A stretch of 63,999 nt of DNA, counting the filler, from Dirinaria sp. TL-2023a (Eukaryota): NCBI GenBank assembly GCA_051941275.1. It is 8 parts of 8 records of this genome, joined end to end, with 100 filler letters (N's around TTAATTAATTAA, not from the genome) between each part and the next. Parts side by side here need not be neighbours in the genome. Positions count along the whole stretch, not along the records: positions 1 to 7,961 come from JAVEBF010001250.1; positions 8,062 to 16,015 come from JAVEBF010001251.1; 6 more parts are not named here. One strand, written 5' to 3'. The notes beneath the pieces were generated by a model. It made no database searches. It was not told where the DNA came from and saw only the letters and a list, made by a program, of their open reading frames with translations. The translations under genes and the position numbers were made by a program. How positions within the stretch are numbered: the stretch's first letter is position 1; every line of letters starts with the position of its first letter. Positions 1-11,207 of this stretch are shown here, piece after piece.

Positions 1-1907
1 GTATACATGATACTGGTAGCAAATTTCGGCTTATTTTTTGTCTGTTTATGTGAGTTTGAATATATGAGTAGCAAGTGGGCACAACAGCTGATGATTCATC
101 AGCTATGGCAGAGATGGCGAGCATAGCTCCCACAGCGTAAGGCACATCCTCATCCGGTCTCTAATTTAATATTTTCTACTGATCGGGTGTCGTAGTGGGG
201 GACAGTATCACTGGTGAGACCGACAACCTCGAACCTTTCAGCTTTACACATATACTTACAGGATGTTGTTTTCTCAGGACCTCGGAGTGTATGCTCAACC
301 GTAGCGAGAATTACTTTTCACAGACTACTGACGCAGTGAGCCTTAGTTGCACCGAAACAGTACCAGAAGATTCTCTCGTTTAGTGTCGGCTTTTTCTGCG
401 TTCTTGGATGGCAGACTTCTCTAGCCGCCACCTGTTATGTGAGCAAAAATCGATGCCTAGCCCGTCTCAATTCTAGCTAAAATTGTCTACGCAGGCCTCA
501 GCAGAGCAGATCACTGCTTTGATCAACCTCGGACATACAAGCTACATTCCTGCTACCTGGCACGTTGTCTTGCTCTCTTGGGCAATCTTGTTCCTGAGTA
601 TTTTTGCCAACACCGTGCTTTTTCGAAAATTGCCTCTCATCGAAGGCATTGCTACCATATTACACGTTTTGGGCTTTTTCGCTTTCGTCATCGTGCTTTG
701 GTGCGTGCTTTTCTCCCCAGCGCCTATGACCGCATGACGTGAATATCTACGTGGCGCTGACCGATATCTTCTTGTATAGGATCATGGCTCCTCGAGGCTC
801 TGCGTCATCTGTCTTTACCGTATTCGAAACCAATGGCTGGCCTACTATCGGACTCGCTTGTCTTGTTGGCTTGAATGGACCGGTGCCGTATCTGACAGGT
901 GCTGACTCAAGCGTACATTTATCAGAAGAGCTAAAGAATGCTGGGTGGACACTCCCTCGTTCCATGATGACCACCGCAATCTCCAACTACATTACCTCTT
1001 TCGTCGTCGTTGGTAAGCTTTCTCTGTAAATTATTCCAATATACCTAGACGCTGATCCCGAATCTATCTCAGTTACTCTGATGTTCTGCCTCGGCGATAT
1101 TGATTCCATAGTACAATCTCCGACCGGCCAGCCCTACATCGCGGTCGTTCTTAACGCGACGAACTCTGTTCCGGCCACAAAGACGCTCGCGGTTGTGGTT
1201 CTGATCCTAGTAGTGTCATGTTATGTCAACGGCGTCACAACAACTTCGAGGCAGCTTTGGTAAGCGCGGGCCGATTCGTATTTCTACTAGCTAGAAGTAA
1301 CTGCGGCTAATTCTAGGCTTAGGTCGTTCGCCCGGGATGGCGGCCTTCCTTTTAGTTGCTGGCTATCGCAAGTACGCCCGGGCTGGGACGTGTGAGACTT
1401 TGCCTCCACTCTTGGAGATCTCTGGCTGACGAGCTTTGCAGTCCCGTTAATGCGATGGCAGTCTCCATGGGGTTCACTGTAATTCTCACCTGCATTGCCA
1501 TCGGAAGTCAGGTGGCATACGGAATATTTGTATCCTTGAATGTATCCGGGCTGGTGACAAGCTACATCATATGCATCGCATGTGAGTTACCAGTTTGAAC
1601 CCATGAAGAATTACTCACGAAGTCATTTGCAGGCATGCTTCGGAAGCGAATCCGAGGTGAGACGTTACCAGCTTCTCAGTTCAACCTTGGCAAAGCCGGC
1701 AATGCCATTAATATCATTGCACTGTGTTTCCTTATGGTGTTTTGGATATTCCAATTCTTCCCAGCTGCTCCAAATCCGGCGCCAGCCGACATGAACTGGA
1801 GCTGTGTCATATGGACAACCGTTCTAGTCTTCTTTATGACCTACTACGCAGTGTGGGGACGGCATACCTACACGGGGCCAGTCAGATACGTAAAGATCGA
1901 CATTTGA
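1..1907 (+). CDS. Amino acid/polyamine/GABA/choline permease (APC superfamily, UGA4/HNM1-like); multi-exon, 5' end outside the window
   Basis: Manual splicing at GT-AG introns gives SMAEMASIAPTAGGQYHWTSEFAPKQYQKILSFSVGFFCVLGWQ, HLSEELKNA, TSRQLWSFARDGGLPF and MNWSCVIW...YTGPV, which are hallmark motifs of fungal ACT permeases. It includes an 11-nt microexon (GACCTCGGAGT, ~278-288). Confidence 0.9.
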
Positions 1908-2484
1908 CAGGAATCATTATGCGCAATTGCTCCTTCTTTAGGTTGAAAGTTTCGAGACGCTATCTCCGTGATGATCAGTCGTAATGCATCTTTGAGGATT
2001 GTTACCCCCAAAATCAGAATTGCGCTCGTACTGAGCGGTAGGTGGCGTAGGATTCTCAACTAGTACTGCTAGTGGAGGACGGAAGTCTGCGATAGTTCTG
2101 GTTAGCGCAGTCAATGCCGCAGGTGGGGTCAACTAGAAATCAGCTTGGGCATCGCCCAATATTATTGTCGCCAGGAAGCGGCAAATTGCTACCTGCTTTA
2201 CATTAGTGTGGAACTAGGCTCTGCAACGCCCGCTTGTCAGGTAAGATAGTGACTTGGACGACTAGCGCTGGCATACAGGGTGCTAGTAAGGACACATTGT
2301 GCGGATCCCCGTACGGAGTACATCCATGACACTACCTCGAACCTCGATGGTGAAGGTGGCTGGACCTCGAAAACCTTAATTTTCAGGACTTCTGTAGATA
2401 AGGTAAGGTACGTCTTCTGTCGTGCTGCTACCTGATTGTAGTATTAAATCTATGCCACACAGACTTCGAGAGGAAATTCTCACA

Positions 2485-3812
2485 ATGACCCAGACTGCAA
2501 TATCAGTCTTTGAGAAAGAGCGGACATACTGGGTACTATCTCAACTTATCTGCATTGCTGTGCTGTATTTCGCGTTGCGAAAAATCGCTCTCAAGCATCA
2601 ATGGTCACTCTCATGTTGGGGAAGACTAACTGTAAGTTGACCTGACTTGCTGATTTCAACCTTTCATCTCTTCGATTGTTCAAGGATAGCAAACTCATGA
2701 CCCGGATATCGAGCAGCCCGCAAAATCGTGTGACAGTTCGCCATCATGCATGGGAAATATTACACCTTTGCAGGTCTTTGATTACAGAGCGATAGAGCCG
2801 TTGCGTATTTACAAGTTCAATCCAAAATACTTTCTGACAATGGGTGAGCGGAAGCACAGATAGCAGCTCAGAGCTGAGTCTCTGGGCTAATACTCGCAAA
2901 GGTCTTCAAAGAACGAACGTGATAGTCTCATTCAAATAGATAGTCTCTATGCCGAGCGAATCAGAGCACGCCAGGACATTATTCACCAATATCCCGGCGC
3001 GCTCGACTGTCTCGACTCCGCGGTAGGCATGCTTAATGAACTTTATGAGTTTCTAGTGCGGGACTACCTTCCCTATCGCTATCCTACCATCTTCCGTCTT
3101 GACTCCGCTGCTGGCGCTGTGGAGAACCGCATCACGAATGAAGTCTTGTCACTCACACCTCCTGCAGACCGATATGAGACTCTTCGGAAAATCAACCGCA
3201 ATGTTGACGAGGACTTTCTAATGTTACTACCCTCGCCAGACTTCGACGGATACAGTCTGCAATCTTTCGTGTGGGCATATCCCGTTGGATTTGATCCACA
3301 GTCCAAGTTGCGCATGAAATTGCGCGATGCTCACAAACCAGTACCAGGCTACACAGAGAAACTCGCACCAAGCATGGATCGGTACTTTAGTAAATTGCAG
3401 CCAGGTAATTTCATGTCACGGGTCAACTGGGCATTAGCTACCAACAACAACTTATGTGAACGAGGCGAATACCATCTATACCCTGGCAATGAGCCCACGG
3501 AGACAGATTTTGACCTTGCAAGTTGCTATGTTCGGTGCGAGCTGCAGACATTATTCGCGTTACCGAAGAGTGGTGGCAGGATACTTAGTGTCCACTTATA
3601 CCTGTACCCTCTACACGAGATCAAAGATGTCGGTCTTGGGCCGAAGATGGCTGCAGCCATCGATGGGCTGAAGAATGGCAATGTACCAGGCTTTCACAGA
3701 TACAAACGGTAGGTATTCAATCCACGTGAGCTCCATCAGAACGGTCCAAGCTTAACTTCCTACTAGAGCCACTGTTTGGGGCGAACGCGTAAAAGAGTTT
3801 TTGACGAATTGA
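2485..3812 (+). CDS. DUF3445 / heme-dependent oxidative N-demethylase alpha-subunit-like protein; 3 introns; apparent 1-nt frameshift near 2907-2920
   Basis: N-terminal TM segment, then YKFNPKYFLTMG, YLPYRYPTIF, NVDEDFLML, P.GFDP.SKL, H.PVPGY, SMDRYF, RVNW and RCELQTLFALPKSG. The last exon after intron ~3709-3766 ends ATVWGERVKEFLTN*. Confidence 0.8.
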
Positions 3813-4280
3813 ATGAGGTAATGCTCGTCAAGAATGAATCGATGGAGTTATGAGTGGGTTTAGAAAGCTGGTAGCACGCGAGCGAGGTCCTTTTCGTTGT
3901 CTGTCGAGTTCGGGATAGATCACTCCACTTCCACAATGTCCGGAAATTGCAAAATCTCCCTACGAGAGGTAAGAGTGGTTGCTGTTAGCACCTATATAAT
4001 CTGGAAAACACAACTCGCCTTGACAGTAAGTCACCTTTTAAAGTCTCCGGTCTATTCTAAGATGCGATCCAAGCATCTTCTATCTGAAGTACACACGCAC
4101 AATAGAGACGCAATCAGGATTCGATATTTATTCAACCTTCTTAAAGACTCGGTGTGGCCAAAGGTTAGACTCACCCTTTAGGATCCTAGACTGTTAGTCC
4201 AATCCGTACAGATCAAATGATCACGATCGCAATCGCAAACCTTGCCATATAGCTTCGTTCCGAAAACATATCGCAGTGAA

Positions 4281-6404
4281 TCACCAACTAAAAGCCTCTT
4301 CAACTAGCTTTACCCTAATAACCTTCTTCTGCCGCGCAAGCCCGCTAACCACACATCGCACTTCATCAGCCATCTCGCTCGGCCCACTAACCAGCACAAC
4401 AGATGTATTCGTAGTATCGCCCAATTCGTTTTGGAGTACATCGGTGATGTTCATTCGTTTTCCTACGTAGGTTTTCTGGTCGATGCCCTGGAGAGAAGGA
4501 GCCATATCATCTATTATCCCTTGGCTCCTAGCTCCCCAGAACAGCTTAGTGACGCCAGCGTGTGCACGTAAATATGGGACGCAAGCCGTGATACCAACGC
4601 CTCCAGCGATACAAACGAGCAGTGAGTACTCGGAAAGATCCTCGTGTGGGCCGTAAGCTGATTCAACGAGAACGGGCAGTCTCGCGTGCTTACGCAGTTC
4701 CGCGGTCACTCCACCTTTGGTCCGAAGAAGAAATGTGAGGCCAATTTTGGCGGGAGACTGGTATCGCCTTAGGGAATTGTCGCTATTGGAGCTGCCGCCT
4801 GAGCTTCCTAGCTTCTCTATATCTGCGTCGTGCTTGGATGTCCCTGGCGCATCGTCTGAGGAAATCACTGCCGATGCGACAGAAAAAGGGTGATTCTCCC
4901 ATACGCGCCAAGTCAATGTAGGGAAGTAGAGATATGCGTGCCCAAAGCCGCTAACGTTCTCAATGTCAACGCGGACATAGTCTGAATCAATGACTGCGAC
5001 CTGAGCAGTCTTAACGCCATTCCTTGCGAGCCGAGCAAGTCTCATGGCTCTTTCGAAACCCCAAATGGCGATCGCGGTGTAGATCCAATTTTCGTAGCCC
5101 CATTGCCGTTCGAATCGTTCCAAGATATGCCAGTAACACCCTGCGAGGACGAATATTGAAAGAAGAACATGCCAAGCTAAGAAGAACTCGTAGAGACTCC
5201 TTCGAATGGGTAGGATCGAAGATGGCAGAAGGATTGACATGCAAAGTGTGGCGACGACACCCCAAATCCAATATGGTAGCTTGCTTTCACTTCCATGAGT
5301 ACCGTCGTGTACGTAGACCCGGAGATAGATTGCGGAATGGAGAATTGCCTGGAGAGTGGCAACCCATGCGACCCAACGGTGTAGAAGTAGGAAAGTTCCA
5401 TGGCTCCAATTAGTCAGCCATAACAAGACGTTGTTACGGCCCGCATAGAGAAACACGAGAGGGATATTGGCAAAGCTGAGAACACCGAAGCGGTTTGTTA
5501 AGTAGGATACAATCTCTCCATCGGGCCCAGAAGCACTAGGATACCAGGAGTTCGGTTGCATTGATTTAATTCCTGCTGCGCTAAGTATGACGTTGATTGC
5601 GACGATGTAAAAGATGAAGAATGCTTGGCCGCGTGTTGGCATGTGAAAAATACCAGCAATCGACGTTTGATGGCGAGATCCCAATACAGGTGGGTCGACG
5701 AACCAAGCGTTGAATTTAGTGACAAATGTTGCGGGAAAAGGAACAAATCTTAGAAGCGAGAAAAAAATCGGTATGGCGGACCCAGTGACGACAAGGATAA
5801 TGCTGCGCGGAAGCTTTGCGTCAACTTAATTCGCTACTTTTAAGGAGCAAGCTGGCACCCACCCGTATCTTTCGTGGTTGTCCTCCATCTCCTCGAACAG
5901 CACGTGGGCATTGTGAGACACCTTATAATCTTGATCAGATACAATCATTGTCATATTCAAATCCTCGCCAATAACAAGTGTTTCCGTCGGGTCCGTAGTT
6001 ATTTTGGCAACAGTTTGCTGATACGTCGCTTTAGGAATTGGTTGGTTTGGTTGAGAGCCAGCAACGTTCATGTTCCAGTATTTCTCAAGGTCCCAGACGG
6101 CCACCTCCTGGCAACGCATGGACATGCAGTAGGCAAGAGTCTCCAAGAAGGCATCGTCGGTGGCGTAACATTCAGGTGTCGTATTACTCCCCATGTCCAT
6201 GCCCTCCGACATATCCATTGGCTTGGAGCAGTTGAGCGTGCTGGTCGAAAGCACGTCACGGCATACAAAGGCACACGGCGGTTTGTACATGGAGATGCCA
6301 TAGCCGATGAGGCCATGCGCATTCCGGCCACTTGATTCCATCGACGAGACTGGAAGAGTATGGAAGTATGTCGACACAAGTATGCTGAGCTTGAATGTGA
6401 GCAT
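4281..6404 (-). CDS. Ferric/cupric metalloreductase (FRE family) with signal peptide and Cys-rich N-terminal domain; one intron 5803-5862
   Basis: GRNN.L.WLTNWS...LLHRW, heme-ligating His in TM helices (LHS, WHV, YWH), FAD motif HPFS, NADPH motif AGGVGIT and C-terminal EEAFSW. The exons join in frame across GTGGGT...CAG. Confidence 0.92.
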
Positions 6405-6665
6405 CTTGAAGATTCGCGACCGAGAATTGATTAGACGAGCAAAACCTTGAGACGTAAATAAAGCCGAAACGCAATAAGTGTTTTTAGATTAGCAAAGGTC
6501 CGCTGTTCAGGAGATGAGGTATTTGAGGACCATTGCGTCGGCCGGTTTGCCTTTCTGTGTGCATCAAGCCTCCTCCAGGATCTTCGGAGTGCAGTAGCAA
6601 GAGCAGATGGACTCAACATGTTCACAATCTCCTCCACTAGCAAGTAGACCGGACAGGGAAGCAGT

Positions 6666-7089
6666 GTGTGCGAGCAATTGAGCAAATTAATAGAATATAG
6701 TACAGATCCAGAAGACATCAGAACTGGCCGCCGTTGTCCTTCTGATCATTTTAGGTCGAAGATAATAGGGCCAAAATCGAAGCCCGAAATCATACGTGCC
6801 TATTGTGATCAAACCCTTGCACTGGAACTGAAAGGACTTGGATTGCCGCATCTAGATTACGACATGGAACAGGGAGAGCAAGCCAAGTAGATCAGCGCAC
6901 GATCATGGGTGCGACTTGGGAGGGAAATTGAGCAAGTCATGACTGTACAAGTCGCGAACGAGGAATAGGAAGAGCGAATCAAATCGAGCCTGACTTACCG
7001 GTGGCTGTTCTATACATGAAGACTAACGCATACAAAGTCGGTACTTTGATACTTTGCAGTCAGTGTGCGGGCATTTGAGCAAATTAATA
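6666..7089 (-). promoter_or_regulatory. Duplicated 27-nt box containing TTTGCTCA (Mac1/CuRE-type copper-response element) upstream of the reductase
   Basis: GTGTGCGAGCAATTGAGCAAATTAATA (6666-6692) and GTGTGCGGGCATTTGAGCAAATTAATA (7063-7089). TGAGCAAA is the reverse complement of the yeast Mac1 site TTTGCTCA. Confidence 0.55.
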
Positions 7090-7162
7090 ATCGATCCTCA
7101 GACCCCAAGCGTGGGCTTGGCGCCATTCCTGATTGGCGGGCAAGCGAGCACTCAAGTATACG

Positions 7163-7961
7163 CTGTTAGGAGGTGCAAAGTTAGGAGGTGCCTTTGCACC
7201 TTCCCGAAAATGTATCTAGCATGCTTTAGTCAGCGAGTGAGGGGGACTGCCCTTTCACCTTTAGCTTTTAGCTTTTTGCCTTTGCTTCTACAAGCAACTT
7301 AAGCCAGATAGTCAACAACAAATAAGGACTCTTTCTTTGCTTCAAATAAGTGCCGAAATTGCTACTAGCAAACAGAGGGTTTTCAGTGAGGGCTCAGCCG
7401 AGATTGTTTGATCCATTGCCATCGAGGTAAGCAGATGAGTGGTACTCGTACAGCCAAAGAGGCAGATGTATGAATATCAAAGAAGCACCACCGCATTCAA
7501 GACAAGATTCATCTCCTCAAGCAAGAGATACTATACTTCATCAATTGAATCAAGTACTTTCTCATCAGAAGAAGAGGAAGTTCAAAGATCAGATTTGAAT
7601 CTGAATCTCTTGCTTTCATCTTCGTTATCGTCATCTTTATCATTCGCTTCGTCGAAAGCATCTTCTCTCTCTCCTTCTCAATCGAATCAGAATAAGAACG
7701 ACAAGCCTTTTCTACACAATCAAGCTATCGTCAGCATGTCGACGATAGTGCGCTCTTTTCTAGAGAGAAAGGACGACAAGAAAGACTCTCAAGAATTTCT
7801 AGAAGATTTGAAATGAGCATACGAGCAAAACTTTCAGACTAGAGAGTCTGCTGAAGCACAGACTAAGACAGTCTTCATCAATAAGACATACCGCATTGTG
7901 TTCAGACAGAACCTGAGGGAGAATGCTAGTATTTGATATGAAAACCTTGATGACGACGTCA
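7163..7961 (+). mobile_element. Degenerate LTR-retrotransposon 5' remnant (putative LTR start plus gag-like ORF), with RIP-like mutations
   Basis: Begins TGTTAGGAGG. The gag-like frame (...DSQEFLEDLK*AYEQ...RIVFRQNLRENASI*YENL) carries TGA stops where Trp would be expected, and the sequence is G-depleted. It is cut by the contig end. Confidence 0.55.
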
Positions 7962-8061
7962 NNNNNNNNNNNNNNNNNNNNNNNNNNNNNNNNNNNNNNN
8001 NNNNNTTAATTAATTAANNNNNNNNNNNNNNNNNNNNNNNNNNNNNNNNNNNNNNNNNNNN
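7962..8061. other. Artificial contig linker (44 N + TTAATTAATTAA + 44 N)
   Basis: Six-frame stop spacer, identical at 7 positions in the window. Confidence 0.99.
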
Positions 8062-8570
8062 GCACAAAAGCATGTATTTAGAGAAAGAAACCGGAGGGAC
8101 AGGGAAGGAGGGGAGAGGTGTTTGCTCTTTTTTGGATTTTGTTTTTTCGATTTTCGCTGTTTGGATTTTTGGAATGGATATGGGACGATAATGGAGGGAT
8201 GGGGGGTTAAATGAAAGATTTTTTCTTCTATTGATTCAGATTTGAGATAGACAAGGGAAGGAAGGTGTTGACTTTAAACTTTTCACAGTACGCCGACTTT
8301 AGATTAGGAGGCATAGTATGGTATGCTTGTAGTATGGGGTAGGGTCTATGTTTTTTTTTTTTTTTTTGTTTTTTAATCGGGTTCTGGATTATTAATGTGT
8401 ATGGTATGTCTATCCCAGCATCACTCAGTCAAGTTCCCAAGCCACCCTCTATCACCACCGAACCTTCCATGCCTTCCCCCATTCCCAATTCTCACAAGCC
8501 CTTGAATTTCCTCTGGTGCGGGATATGGGCTTCCTGCACGCCCACGGCCTGATCCAGGTTCGGAACCACG

Positions 8571-8786
8571 TTACGATCCATGTACAGGGCCACCCTTATC
8601 GCCATAACCTTCTTCTCCATCTTTGCGTGTCGTGTTCATCATAACAGATCTCTCTTCTGTCTGATATTTGTCGCATTTCCAACATCTGTCATGATAGCAA
8701 TCCGGAGTCGAGCATTTGCGATCGGCCATGACGCGCGATCGAACCCAGTTGACGCGCTTACAGGCGCAGCATTTCCAACCATACAT
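8571..8786 (-). CDS. Small Cys/His-rich putative zinc-ribbon protein (71 aa)
   Basis: WKCCAC-x14-C-x4-CYHDRCWKC pattern. The ATG has a CAAAATG context after a pyrimidine-rich leader. Confidence 0.5.
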   Translation of the reverse strand: MYGWKCCACKRVNWVRSRVMADRKCSTPDCYHDRCWKCDKYQTEERSVMMNTTRKDGEEGYGDKGGPVHGS

Positions 8787-11207
8787 TTTGGAAGTTTCGG
8801 GGGGGGGGGGTTGTTTTCGCTTTTAGTTTCTGAAAGAGGGTTTGAAAGAGGTGGGTGCTTTTTGGGTTTTGAGAGGGAGAGGGGTTTCTGAGGGAGTTGG
8901 TATGTTGAGGAAGAGGTGTTGAGGAGAAGAATGATGATGGGCTTGGGGGATGGAGGTGTTTAAATAGACGTGGTGAGTAGCGGTCCTACTCATGATTGCG
9001 GAGACTGAGTTTCAGACACAGGTTTTACTGAATTGGTGAACGTGGGAGGCCTTGTCTGGGGTTCTTGGGAGGGTCTGATCTAGACCGGCTATTGAGCGGA
9101 GTTGAAACGTCCAAGTGGGATATGAAGGCTTTGGCTGTTGCGTTCGGGTCGAGCGTGCGCTGAATGTAAGAGGTATGGCGTTGGTGTGAAGGACATGGCG
9201 GAGTACGCCGGATTGATGTCACCTATCTCAAACCGCTTCTCTAGGTGCGCGCTTTCCCGCTCCTATGCTGGGATTAGGTGTCTCTGGATCAGCATCTGCA
9301 GATCTGGAGCTGTTCCATTGCAGCATGTCAAGTTGCTGGGACAATGAACAATCTGTGTGCTGATTCGAGCTCGCCTTTCACGCAGGGAAGGCTGAGATCA
9401 GCTAACCTTTTCAGTGCAGAGATGTTTCATCATCCTCATCGATAGTTGACTGCAATCTAGAATCGGTGCGAATACAGCCTCAACCGTAGAAGCTTCACCA
9501 TGGTAAAAGAGTCTTCTGGTAATCATCGGCATGCATGCAGCTGGTCCACGAGTAGGATCTCTCTTTCTCTGTTTCAGACTTGAGATCCAGTCCTTGGATT
9601 CTTCTGCCACGCGGCCATAGTTGTGGCATGTCTCTGCACCAGCAACAGTGAAAGGACAACCTGACCGCAACGCGATCACAACCACTACTATCCAAATCCT
9701 GCCGCACATTGAATTCAACATGCTATATAATTGGTTGGGTGAGCGTGAGGAAAGAGAATCACGGAGAAAAGCTCGCAACCCTCGAAACGAGGGGCAATCG
9801 GCTCAGAAGTCTCGTTGAATCTCCCTTTCTCGGGAAGTTTGCTTTCTTTTGGTCGACAGAAACCACGCTTGAGGAACTAGCTTGACCACAGTTCGAGTGA
9901 AAAGTGTAAATTGTTTCTAAATGAAGCAGGCATCTCAATGAATGTACCTTTTCAAGCACATTACGTAGGCAAGAGACAGGGAAAGTAGAAGAACGTCATG
10001 GATATGTGAGGGGGCAAGAAAGATATCATTGGCTTGTAGATACTCATTCCGAAGTCACACGAACTTGAGCAGAGATAATTACCCCGCATTCGGGCTAGGT
10101 ATTGGCGGAGCTGGTACCGTAGAGCAAAATGTCAAGGCTGCTGCGAGCAAATCGTTACCAAATTGACCGCCTAAGGTACACACCTGGCACAGAATAAAGG
10201 AAATTGTAGAGATGGTGTGCTATGGTGGCTCAAAATCATATTGAAATTACTTATAGGATCGCGGATGATTAGGTTGACGCACCATGGTCCGGGACTGGCA
10301 TTGTTGGGCGTCGTGACTAGGATTAGCTTTGATGTAATATAGATCCAGATTTGAGCTATAATAGCAGTTGGATTGATGGTGCACTAGAAACCATCACATG
10401 GTGACTTTATGTACCAGGAAAGTCAATATTTGATCTTTCCAAATACATAGTTTATCACTTGGTAAACAGGTGGAACTCGAGATTCGATCTATATCTCCCC
10501 GATCCGGCTTAGTACATTGGCATGGTTAGTGCCTTGGCATTTCCGAAGTATTCGTACACCCCTCGTACCATCGGCTTCACCTCCATCTTTCCTTCCAGAA
10601 CATGGCAGAAACTCAACACCGTTCATCCCGCTGCTTGCAGATAAGGGAACTCGCTCCTACTGCCACAATGATTTTTCCATACATAGTAATTACTCCACCC
10701 ACAATATGCTCCTTGACCAGCATATGATGGGTTCAACAATGGAACGGAGGGAGAGACAATAATTCACGATCACTACTGGCCCCAACACCCTCACCTCATG
10801 TTCGGGAGTGAATGGAAAGTTGTGTGTACTTTCGATCAGGCGCCGCTACAGTCGTTAACAGCCGGTATCTAGCAGCGCTCCTGCATCGATTCTTCCTACT
10901 GAGACGCCTGAGGCACACTGTACAGTCTATCTTTCACGTATATTTGTCTCTTTACTACCAGACTTGTTCCGTTGGATTCGATCAGTGTCTTAATATCTGA
11001 TATATCGACCATTGATCCGGGTTTGAGTTTGAATGCTCACGTCCCCGCCATTGCACTCCGTATCTGGCCGTCGAAGAAATAGATGAGTTACATGCATCTA
11101 CCTTCTCATGGTATTGCCATCAAATCTGGAGCTCCGGGGCAAGATTCATCCACATACGGCATGAACGCCAGACGATTTTCTTCGCGCTCAATGTAACCAC
11201 CTTCAAC

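Noticed and set aside
8006..8017. TTAATTAATTAA recurring every ~8 kb as a biological repeat or array
   Set aside because: Always centred in exactly 44+44 N; it is a synthetic six-frame-stop linker.
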